A stretch of DNA of 64,000 bases from an uncultured virus (IMG/VR IMGVR_UViG_3300020191_000005) (taxonomy: Duplodnaviria > Heunggongvirae > Uroviricota > Caudoviricetes), in IMG/VR virus record IMGVR_UViG_3300020191_000005, positions 1 through 64,000 of that record; one strand, 5' to 3'. Positions within the stretch are counted from its first letter, which is position 1. Every line of letters starts with the position of its first letter. The position numbers and the translations under genes are program-made. Positions 19,820 to 27,473 of the stretch are shown one piece after another. The notes under the pieces are model-generated. The model had not been told where the DNA came from and made no database searches. It saw only the letters and a list, made by a program, of their open reading frames with translations.

Positions 19820-19846
19820 AAAAAGCATTCTCCGGAGTGCTTTTTT
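19820..19846 (+). terminator. Intrinsic terminator after pqqA
   Basis: AAAAAGCATTC/GGAGTGCTTTTTT hairpin. Confidence 0.8.
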
Positions 19847-19888
19847 ATGACTAAAATTCCATTTTATATATTTTGGTAAACAAAGTGA

Positions 19889-19917
19889 TTGCTCTTTGTT
19901 AATAACAATGTTATATT
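19889..19917 (+). promoter_or_regulatory. Sigma70-type promoter for the structured RNA
   Basis: TTGCTC-17 bp-TATATT with extended -10 TG; predicted start near 19924 matches the RNA's closing stem. Confidence 0.55.
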
Positions 19918-19923
19918 AATTAC

Positions 19924-20138
19924 ATAGCAACAAAAGAGTAATTAGCTTTTGTTTGTAGTGCAAGGAAGAGGCCTTTACCAGAAGGGTCGAACTTGACTGT
20001 CCAGGGGTGGTACCCAGGCTTGGTAGTAGAAATACGCTGAGTCACATCGCACTAACCCGCGGGGATAGGTTGTACGGTTTAGGAATGGTATTCCGGTCCG
20101 TACTTGGAGGTGTACCCAAGTCCTCCCTATTTTGCTAT
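19924..20138 (+). ncRNA. ~215-nt multi-stem non-coding RNA (possibly manA-motif-like; unverified)
   Basis: GC-rich ORF-free tract; ends pair (ATAGCAA/TTGCTAT); internal stems 19956-61/20049-54, 19994-98/20040-44, 20072-77/20098-103, 20082-86/20090-94; GAAA tetraloop. Confidence 0.7.
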
Positions 20139-20222
20139 ACTTAAATTTAGACTCGCAAAAAGACCTATTATAAGCACCTTTTTCGTCGACCAGCTAAATA
20201 CATATAACAACTAAACAAAACC

Positions 20223-20246
20223 AAACTGCTTTATGCAGTTTTTTTT
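20223..20246 (+). terminator. Intrinsic terminator
   Basis: AAACTGC/GCAGTTT stem plus T run. Confidence 0.7.
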
Positions 20247-20364
20247 GTGACTAAATACAATTGAGACAAGACAGTAATAAGAACAAGACGCAGTAGAAAT
20301 AACAACCCTCCCGCCCTAATATTAGATACAAACTTCCTCAAAATAAACACTAACAAGGAAAAAC

Positions 20365-20565
20365 ATGAGTAATCAAGGAAAAGTAAAATGGTTCAATGCC
20401 ACTAAAGGTTTTGGATTTATCGCTACCGAAGACAAAGATATCTTCGTACACATTTCAGCAGTAGAAGCCGCAGGCTTACACTCGTTGAATGAAGGCGATA
20501 CTGTAGAGTTTGAAACACAGGATGGTCCAAAAGGCCCTTCTGCTATAAACTTATCAGTCAAGTAG
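20365..20565 (+). CDS. cspA: Cold-shock protein (CSD)
   Basis: GKVKWFN, KGFGFI (RNP1), DIFVHISA (RNP2), GPKGPSA. Confidence 0.95.
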   Translation: MSNQGKVKWFNATKGFGFIATEDKDIFVHISAVEAAGLHSLNEGDTVEFETQDGPKGPSAINLSVK

Positions 20566-20578
20566 TAGAACTACAACT

Positions 20579-20612
20579 ATAGGCCCTCTGTTCGCATTGG
20601 GCCTATTTTTTT
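20579..20612 (+). terminator. Intrinsic terminator after cspA
   Basis: ATAGGCCC/GGGCCTAT stem plus T run. Confidence 0.8.
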
Positions 20613-20687
20613 GACTAAATTTTTCTTATATACCCATAAAAATTACCTGGTTGTTATTATCTGCTACGATAGTATAATAGTATTACT

Positions 20688-20888
20688 ATGAAGAAAAAGA
20701 TAAGAATAAGTGGAGTAGGAACCGAGTCAGGTAACCATAAGGATGGCAAGCGTTATCCACACGGAAAAAAGAATCCTGACTTGGATAATTTGGAAGCAGG
20801 TGACCCTGCAAATAACAAGGAGAAAGGAGATGATCAAGAGGATCAAGTATGGAAAGCAGATGATGTTAGACCACACCATTGGCGGTAA
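20688..20888 (+). CDS. Possible small hypothetical protein
   Basis: 66-aa ORF just after a TATAAT; overlaps next ORF by about 60 nt. Confidence 0.3.
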   Translation: MKKKIRISGVGTESGNHKDGKRYPHGKKNPDLDNLEAGDPANNKEKGDDQEDQVWKADDVRPHHWR

Positions 20889-21012
20889 CAAGGATAATGT
20901 TGTTAACCCTCGCAACACGTTTAAGAAAGAGGACATAATCAAGAGACCTGACGCAGGGCGTTGGAACTTTGATTACATTGCAAAAAACAACTTATGGAGA
21001 AATGAAGTATGA
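20830..21012 (+). CDS. Small hypothetical protein
   Basis: In-frame ATG with AAGGAG SD inside the 20743..21012 ORF; ATGA overlap with tusE-like gene. Confidence 0.45.
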   Translation: MIKRIKYGKQMMLDHTIGGNKDNVVNPRNTFKKEDIIKRPDAGRWNFDYIAKNNLWRNEV

Positions 21013-21305
21013 GTATTGAAAGAGACGGTGACGGATTCCTCGTGTCAATGAGTGATTGGAGTGAGGAAGTAATGCACTCTATGGCTCGTGAAGATGACAA
21101 GACGCTTACCGAAGAACAGGTAAGCCACATTATGTTAGCACGTTCTATGTATGAAGAAACATCAATGGTGCCACGAGTAAAGGACTTTGGTAAAGCATTG
21201 GGCATGGATCGCAAAGCAAAAGGCCTGTATGATGCTTGGAAGACCGGTCCAATGAAACAGATTGCCAAGTATGGTGGGCTCCCCAAGCCGACTGGTTGCG
21301 TGTGA
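21009..21305 (+). CDS. TusE/DsrC-family sulfur relay protein
   Basis: DGDGFL...DWSEEV start and GP.KQ..KYGGLPKPTGCV C-terminus with terminal Cys. Confidence 0.88.
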   Translation: MSIERDGDGFLVSMSDWSEEVMHSMAREDDKTLTEEQVSHIMLARSMYEETSMVPRVKDFGKALGMDRKAKGLYDAWKTGPMKQIAKYGGLPKPTGCV

Positions 21306-21376
21306 AACTCCACGATGGACACAAATGGCTTATTACTTTAGTAATAGTGTCATTAGTTATTTTTATATACCCATAA
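21302..21376 (+). CDS. Possible 24-aa membrane peptide (MKLHDGHKWLITLVIVSLVIFIYP)
   Basis: GTG start overlapping the tusE stop (GTGA); single hydrophobic stretch. Confidence 0.4.
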   Translation: MKLHDGHKWLITLVIVSLVIFIYP

Positions 21377-21418
21377 AAATATTCAGTGCTAGATTCTGTC
21401 AAAAAGTGCGAAACTAGG

Positions 21419-21446
21419 TTGACAAATTACTAAATACTTGTATAAT
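21419..21446 (+). promoter_or_regulatory. Sigma70 consensus promoter with an embedded late TAAATA
   Basis: TTGACA-16 bp-TATAAT; TAAATA at 21431-21436. Confidence 0.7.
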
Positions 21447-21451
21447 AATAT

Positions 21452-21535
21452 TATTGTTTACTAATAGAGTAAACACACAATCGGAAGGCGACCCAAGTAG
21501 CGATGCTTAAAGGCTACAGCAAGTCGCCTTTTTTT
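21452..21535 (+). ncRNA. Candidate ~85-nt small RNA or attenuator leader
   Basis: Between a consensus promoter and a terminator-like stem (21485-92/21523-30 plus T run); hairpin 21455-62/21468-75; no ORF. Confidence 0.4.
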
Positions 21536-21555
21536 ATGACTAAAATTTGGAGACT

Positions 21556-21870
21556 ATGATGATAGGTACAAGTTGTAATGAAAAGAATTGTCCCGGAGCA
21601 TTGAGTGTAATGCTTATAGGACTTGTAATGTTTGTAACAGTGATGTTTGGATTTGTTACAGACGCAAACGCGAACGAAGTAGTAGTAACGTTCAATAGGG
21701 AATTACCGTTCAAGAGTTACGAGTTTACTCGTACGTTTGAAGACAAGGAGTCATTTGAGATGTGGCTCGCAATGCGTTTAGAAGACAAAGGTTGCGATCC
21801 ATATCTAACCGATATGAACATTCAGTTTAAACCAAGGAATCCATTAGACTTCCCAGCACAAGAGAAGTAA
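21556..21870 (+). CDS. Hypothetical membrane-anchored or secreted protein
   Basis: GGAG SD; N-terminal hydrophobic helix ending in ANA (signal-peptidase-like site). Confidence 0.6.
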   Translation: MMIGTSCNEKNCPGALSVMLIGLVMFVTVMFGFVTDANANEVVVTFNRELPFKSYEFTRTFEDKESFEMWLAMRLEDKGCDPYLTDMNIQFKPRNPLDFPAQEK

Positions 21871-21872
21871 CC

Positions 21873-21900
21873 AAAAAAAGCACCTTCGGGTGCTTTTTTT
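21873..21900 (+). terminator. Intrinsic terminator
   Basis: AAAAGCACC-TTCG-GGTGCTTTTTTT. Confidence 0.9.
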
Positions 21901-21904
21901 GTCA

Positions 21905-21922
21905 CTGTAACAAAACTGTAAT
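21905..21922 (+). promoter_or_regulatory. Pho box (PhoB-binding site)
   Basis: CTGTAAC-AAAA-CTGTAAT, 11-bp direct repeat matching CTGTCAT-N4-CTGT(C/A)A(C/T), upstream of a PiT-like gene. Confidence 0.7.
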
Positions 21923-22032
21923 CTTCTATTCACTAAATAATTGCGAACAATAATGTTCCAGCAGGGCAACGTTGAGCCTTGTCTTAGTATGTGAGCGCCG
22001 TGGTAAAAGCGGCAAGCAGAGGAGAAATAATA

Positions 22033-22998
22033 ATGGACGCACTCACCCTATGGATGGCTGTAGGTTTCCTGTTCGCAGGTTACGCAGTTATCGCAAATGA
22101 TAGTGTACAGACTCTCGGTACATGGATCGCAAGTAATAACGAAAAATTTAATTGGAAAGCGATGTGGGGAGCGGCTTCGGCTGTTCTACTGTATACACTT
22201 TGGTATGGTTGGTATACCAACGGTGGAGATATTAGTTATGGACGACTAAACAAAATACCGTTCCAAGAGATACAATGGTATCACGCAATGGCACCAGGAC
22301 TATTATTAATACTTACACGAATAGGAGTACCAGTTAGTACTTCTTTTTTAGTATTAAGTGCCTTCGCAAGTACCTTTGTACTAGAGAAGATGCTTATGAA
22401 AAGCATGATGGGCTATGCTGTCGCGGCAGTCGCGGCATACATTATTTGGATAGGAGTTACTAAACTACTAGACGAAGCAAAGCCTGTCAAAGAACAACAT
22501 AAGAAAGCGTGGCGAATAGCACAATGGGTAACAACAGGCTTCCTGTGGTTTACTTGGCTAAGTCATGACATGGCAAATATTGCTGTGTTCCTTCCCAGAC
22601 AAGTTCCATGGGACCTAATGATCCTAGTGAGCGTTGTGTTTGTTGTAGGACTAGCATTTATGTTTAGAGAGGGTGGTGGTAAGATCCAAAAGATTGTACT
22701 AGAAAAACACAACACAAGATATGTGCGTTCAGCAACTATCATTGATGGTGTGTACTGGTTGATCTTATTCTTCTTTAAAGAACTAAACGATATACCTATG
22801 TCAACAACGTGGGTGTTTGTAGGACTACTATGTGGACGTGAACTTGCTATGGCAACTATGACAGGCAAGGAAAAGTTTAAGACAGTATTTCCGTTGGTGA
22901 CCAAAGACTTCTTTAAGATGATGATTGGCTTAGGCGCATCAGTTGGAGTGGTACTTGCTATTCACTACATCATTGTTCCTAATCAAATAGGAATGTAA
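22033..22998 (+). CDS. Polytopic membrane protein, PiT/PHO4-like inorganic phosphate transporter
   Basis: Multiple TM helices; IANDSVQT / LSHDMANI and PVSTS / PMSTT paired PiT-like motifs; start moved to ATG 22033 after AGGAG. Confidence 0.65.
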   Translation: MDALTLWMAVGFLFAGYAVIANDSVQTLGTWIASNNEKFNWKAMWGAASAVLLYTLWYGWYTNGGDISYGRLNKIPFQEIQWYHAMAPGLLLILTRIGVPVSTSFLVLSAFASTFVLEKMLMKSMMGYAVAAVAAYIIWIGVTKLLDEAKPVKEQHKKAWRIAQWVTTGFLWFTWLSHDMANIAVFLPRQVPWDLMILVSVVFVVGLAFMFREGGGKIQKIVLEKHNTRYVRSATIIDGVYWLILFFFKELNDIPMSTTWVFVGLLCGRELAMATMTGKEKFKTVFPLVTKDFFKMMIGLGASVGVVLAIHYIIVPNQIGM

Positions 22999-23004
22999 AA
23001 CCAG

Positions 23005-23032
23005 AATAGGCCCAATTATTGGGCCTATTTTT
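23005..23032 (+). terminator. Intrinsic terminator
   Basis: AATAGGCCCAA/TTGGGCCTATT stem plus T run. Confidence 0.85.
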
Positions 23033-23048
23033 ATGACTAAATACTTGT

Positions 23049-23456
23049 ATGAAGGACGAGTACACCACAGTCTTTTACGACCTTGTCCAAGAGACACAGT
23101 CGACTACAGGATACGAACTTCCGGTAGAAGTTGAAGCATATGTAGTAATGCTTCTTGCATCTAAAATAGATAAACCAAATTTCCTTCCCGTTGAAAGTTT
23201 TGCACAATCTTACCTTGCACTAAAACAACCTTATAGATTAACAGCTAAAGAATTAGGTGACACATGCCTATTTGTAACAAGCGTATTTCCGTCTTACGGA
23301 CGTCGATACGGCTTAGACAAGCATTACTATAGCAACATAGGAAAGAACAGCTACAGCCTAGTTAAAACAAGTTTAAACGGCCATCTGTTTGAAGTATTAG
23401 AAACACAATTTGATTTTGTAAGGGATTTTATTTCATTAACCGTACGAATTGATTAA
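23049..23456 (+). CDS. Hypothetical protein
   Basis: 135-aa ORF, ATG 5 nt after TAAATA. Confidence 0.6.
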   Translation: MKDEYTTVFYDLVQETQSTTGYELPVEVEAYVVMLLASKIDKPNFLPVESFAQSYLALKQPYRLTAKELGDTCLFVTSVFPSYGRRYGLDKHYYSNIGKNSYSLVKTSLNGHLFEVLETQFDFVRDFISLTVRID

Positions 23457-23554
23457 TCAGATAAATACTTGTGTCAATAATCGTGCCGCATGTTGCGGAC
23501 TTATGCAGAACTGACCCACTGCGTAAACCTAGAACGTTTTAAAGGAGAAAACAA

Positions 23555-23980
23555 ATGGGAAGACCACTAAACAAAAGATATTTTGGCCCACCTACAGCAG
23601 GCGGTGACGAAATTAAAGTACAGTTTCACAATGGAACTGGATCAGTAAACGGCTGGATTGTTAAGCAACTTGGAAGTAAAAAATTCCGTTGCACAGACGG
23701 TACAGCTACAAAAGATTGTTTCTTAGTTAATAAAGCAAGTGCGGCAGTTGCGGCAGGCGAAATGACTATTACAGTCTTAGACGGAGCAACTCCAAAGCAA
23801 GTAACTAAGATTACTGCACACTTGGTACAACTTGAAGGAGCAGGCGATAAGATCAAATGGGACTTCACTGGTACAGGTGCTACTGTTGAAATGGAAGAAG
23901 CAGGTGATGATGCTGTTATCGACAACGTTGATGGCGCACCAGATGCTGATGACTTTGAGTCAGACGATCCAGCAGACTAA
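23555..23980 (+). CDS. Putative virion structural protein
   Basis: Late promoter 23462, strong SD, GCAA-loop hairpin downstream (23994-24013). Confidence 0.55.
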   Translation: MGRPLNKRYFGPPTAGGDEIKVQFHNGTGSVNGWIVKQLGSKKFRCTDGTATKDCFLVNKASAAVAAGEMTITVLDGATPKQVTKITAHLVQLEGAGDKIKWDFTGTGATVEMEEAGDDAVIDNVDGAPDADDFESDDPAD

Positions 23981-24031
23981 AGTAGGTAATTATGTGGGGG
24001 AGCAATCCCCCACTTTATTAAGGAACAATAA

Positions 24032-25000
24032 ATGAGACAATTAGTAACAGATGGTGATTATACAGTAAAGGTACAAAGTGGCGGAACCGTTACTATTGAT
24101 ACCGGTAATCAAATTGGTCAATTATATCTCACAGGAGATTTAGTTGTTAATGGCCAACAAACTAATGTCACAAGTACAGATTTAAACATTAATGATAACA
24201 TTATTGTACTCAATGCAGGCGAGCAAGGTGCAGGAGTAACTCTTAATCAATCTGGTGTTAGAATTGAAAGAGGTAGTTTACCTGATACACAAATTTTATT
24301 CGACGAAACTATTACTTGGAATGATCCAGTTACGCAAACAATTAAGACAGGTGCATTTACACTAATTGATGAAAGTGGTGGCAACATTGGCTTAAATGTT
24401 AGAAGTATTTCAACAGGCGGCGGCGATTTATACTTAATCAATGCAGGCACAGGCGTCATTAGTGTTAGTGGTACTAACAATTATGAAGATCAAATTACAG
24501 ATGATGATCATATTCCAAACAAAGCATACGTTGACGGTGCAGTTGCAACACAGGTTGCCGCGGCAAACTTTAAAAAACTAAAATCTGGAACTTCTAGTCC
24601 TACAGAAATTATAGTTGAAGATTTTGAAGAAACTGGAACAACTAGTAAGTTTATAATTACGGTTGATGGTACAACTAATAATACATTTTTTAAAAATAGA
24701 TCAGAGTTACACGATTTAAGAATACAAGAGTCAACAATTAGTACTACAGTAAGTGGAGCAGATCTTGTTTTATCAGCGCCAGGAGCAGGTTCAGTAGTAG
24801 TTGATGATCAATTACATATACTAGCAACACCTAGTCCAGACGATGCAAATGTTGATCCTACAGCACCAACAGATGGAGCAAAGATTTATGTTAAAGCACC
24901 AGGAGTGGGAAAAACAGGAATATATTATGTAAATAGTAGTAATGTAAACGACGAATTAGTAAGTAAAAATAGATCATTACTTTTAAGTATGATTTTTTAA
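24032..25000 (+). CDS. Virion structural / fibre-associated protein
   Basis: Beta-rich T/G/D composition; INDNIIVLN..E.G.G fibre-type motif. Confidence 0.6.
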   Translation: MRQLVTDGDYTVKVQSGGTVTIDTGNQIGQLYLTGDLVVNGQQTNVTSTDLNINDNIIVLNAGEQGAGVTLNQSGVRIERGSLPDTQILFDETITWNDPVTQTIKTGAFTLIDESGGNIGLNVRSISTGGGDLYLINAGTGVISVSGTNNYEDQITDDDHIPNKAYVDGAVATQVAAANFKKLKSGTSSPTEIIVEDFEETGTTSKFIITVDGTTNNTFFKNRSELHDLRIQESTISTTVSGADLVLSAPGAGSVVVDDQLHILATPSPDDANVDPTAPTDGAKIYVKAPGVGKTGIYYVNSSNVNDELVSKNRSLLLSMIF

Positions 25001-25012
25001 GGAAGCAACAAT

Positions 25013-25345
25013 ATGGCAATAGCACAAACAACAATAGGCGCAACAGACACAGTAGTACTAACAGTACCAGCGAATAAATCATATGCTATTACAACTATTA
25101 TGGTGTGTAATACAGCGGCATATGATGCGGCAGGCACTAATGATACTTCTTTTGATTTACATTTTGTACAGCAATCACAACCTAAGAGTAATACTAATAT
25201 GGTTGTTAAAGAGATGCCTGTACCAGGTGGAGAAACTTTTACATTTGATAGTGAAAAAGTTATTTTATCAGCAGGAGATTCAGTAACTGTACTAAGTCAA
25301 GCACCTTTAAATTTAAGTGTAACAGTTAGTTATTTGGAAGTTTAA
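25013..25345 (+). CDS. Small structural protein (paralogue of 28961 and 41189 genes)
   Basis: Shared TVP...(C/A)N...L..G...S..E pattern. Confidence 0.6.
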   Translation: MAIAQTTIGATDTVVLTVPANKSYAITTIMVCNTAAYDAAGTNDTSFDLHFVQQSQPKSNTNMVVKEMPVPGGETFTFDSEKVILSAGDSVTVLSQAPLNLSVTVSYLEV

Positions 25346-25346
25346 T

Positions 25347-25850
25347 ATGCGTTTTTTAAAAGCACAAAGTACAAATGCTAGAGGAATCTACGGTAATAAA
25401 GATATTCGTAGAGACATCAACGGATTAGTTACTTTAGATAGTAACAATGCTGTAATGATACCAGTTGGTACTACAGCTCAACAACCTTTGAATCCAACTA
25501 ATGGAATGATGCGTTACAACACTACAACTAATGTGTTTGAAAATTATGAAGCAGGGTCTTGGGCACCTGTAAGAAGATTTGCTCCAGCTAATATTGTCGT
25601 ACAATCCGCAGGTAATGGCAACGATGTAGAAACAAAATTTGGTCCACTAAACAACGGCGACAGTTATAATCCAGCGCCAGCGGCCGCACAAAACATTCTT
25701 GTAATGGTAGAAAACGTTTTACAAATACCTACAACTAACTATACATTAGAACAAAATCCAAGTGGTTATGCCGCAGGATGGTATGTAGTATTTGGCACAC
25801 CAGTACCAACAGGAAAACCAGTAACAATCTTCCACAACTTCGACAAGTAA
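25347..25850 (+). CDS. Fibre-type structural protein
   Basis: IPVGTTAQQP...GMMRYNTTT..FE.Y motif shared with the next two genes. Confidence 0.6.
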   Translation: MRFLKAQSTNARGIYGNKDIRRDINGLVTLDSNNAVMIPVGTTAQQPLNPTNGMMRYNTTTNVFENYEAGSWAPVRRFAPANIVVQSAGNGNDVETKFGPLNNGDSYNPAPAAAQNILVMVENVLQIPTTNYTLEQNPSGYAAGWYVVFGTPVPTGKPVTIFHNFDK

Positions 25851-25879
25851 ATCCTATAAATATAGTATAGGAGGGCATA

Positions 25880-27331
25880 ATGGCCATTGCGAGAATATCC
25901 GGTCCGTTACTAGCATCAAACTTAGTACGTACACAATCCGATCTTAAATTTGAAACTGACCTATTATCTATTGGTTCTAGTAACAATCGTATTGGTGTTA
26001 GAACAGATTCCCCTACAGATTTATTACAAATTAACGGACAAATAAAAATTATTGATCCATATGCAACACGCATAACTGGCGGCAATATTGAAATTAATAC
26101 ATTAGGTGCTAGAGCAGTTGTAGGTGATATTAATTTAGACTCACAAGCAAACATTCGTGCTGAAGAACTTAGAACTGAAAATTTAAGATTCAACGACAAT
26201 CTAATTACTAGTTTGTCAAACAGCGATATTACGTTTGACCCTAATGGTTCAGGCCGCACACATTTTTTAAAAAGTGTTGTACAACTAGGTAATATGCATG
26301 CCAATGGCAATATTACTATTAGTGGCAATGTTAGCACAGGTGGAACTTTTAACTTTGGTGATGAAGCAAGTGATACCCTTAATTTTGGTAGTGTAGACTT
26401 TAGTCAAGATATAAATCCTAGAAGAACTGAGGACTTATTAAACTTAGGTAGTCCTACTAAAATGTGGAACAATGTTACTGCTGGTAAAGCAGTATTTGGC
26501 GATATTGAAATTGATACAGGCGTAATTACAACTAGAAGCTCAGGTAACAATTTGATTATTCGTGCTAGTGGTACAGGCGCAGTTGTTATTGATAATATAA
26601 GAGTTTCCGGTGGCGTTCTTTCAACAACATCGGGCGATTTAGTAATTGACCCAGATACAAGTATTGGAATTAGTGCCGCTGGAGCGTTAAATGTTCCTCA
26701 TGGTACAGAGGCAGAACGCCCAAACACTTATAGAGATGTTAGATATAATACAACAACTAATTTCTTTGAGTTATTTTCAAATGCATATACTCCACTAAAA
26801 GGTATATGGAGTGAAGATAGACAAACTTATGTATTAGCAGACAGCAGTAATAGATTTGATTTTTATACTAATGGTGTAACAAATGTTAACATGGGCGTTG
26901 ATGGATTAACTGCACATAAACTTGTATCACAAGACAGCATTACAATTGACAATGGAACAATTAGTTCAGCAGGAACTAATGATGCAATCAACTTAACAGC
27001 AAATGGTACAGGTAGTGTTATTGCAGGAAACTTTAAACTAACCGGTAATACTATTACTAATACACACCCAACTAACAACTTAATACTTAGTAAGACAGGA
27101 ATATACGGATATATTGAGTTTGATGACACATATGGACTAAGAATACCATATGGATCAACAGCCGCTAGACCTGCTGGACAAGCATTAGGTACCACACGAT
27201 TCAATACTGGACTGTCATATTTAGAAACTTGGGACGGAACACAATGGGCTAACGTGTCAGGAGCAGGTGATGCAATTACTACAGACTTTATGGAAGAATT
27301 AGGGTTTATCTATACGTTAGCACTCGGTTAA
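25880..27331 (+). CDS. Tail-fibre-like structural protein
   Basis: Repeated NG(S/T)G beta-repeats; TATAAATA at 25855; paralogue of 27474 gene. Confidence 0.65.
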   Translation: MAIARISGPLLASNLVRTQSDLKFETDLLSIGSSNNRIGVRTDSPTDLLQINGQIKIIDPYATRITGGNIEINTLGARAVVGDINLDSQANIRAEELRTENLRFNDNLITSLSNSDITFDPNGSGRTHFLKSVVQLGNMHANGNITISGNVSTGGTFNFGDEASDTLNFGSVDFSQDINPRRTEDLLNLGSPTKMWNNVTAGKAVFGDIEIDTGVITTRSSGNNLIIRASGTGAVVIDNIRVSGGVLSTTSGDLVIDPDTSIGISAAGALNVPHGTEAERPNTYRDVRYNTTTNFFELFSNAYTPLKGIWSEDRQTYVLADSSNRFDFYTNGVTNVNMGVDGLTAHKLVSQDSITIDNGTISSAGTNDAINLTANGTGSVIAGNFKLTGNTITNTHPTNNLILSKTGIYGYIEFDDTYGLRIPYGSTAARPAGQALGTTRFNTGLSYLETWDGTQWANVSGAGDAITTDFMEELGFIYTLALG

Positions 27332-27473
27332 TTCCAAAATCGATAAATACATATAACATAGTACAAGACCAGTGAGAGGAGAGATACCGATCACCGTGCT
27401 GTGGGACATTACTGTGGTCAACCCGCAAAGTAAGGTGGTTGGAGGGACAGGATCCCCGTATTAGGAGAAAAAG

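Noticed and set aside
19924..20138. tRNA, tmRNA, RNase P or 6S identity for the structured RNA
   Set aside because: No T-arm/CCA end, no GAGGAAAGUCC, and branched rather than rod-like
21991..22032. ORF-track GTG start for the transporter
   Set aside because: ATG 22033 has a well-spaced AGGAG; the extension overlaps the leader hairpins
23030..23042. TTATGACTAAAT as a XerD/dif half-site
   Set aside because: One base longer than TTATGTTAAAT and no XerC arm; terminator tail plus late promoter explains it
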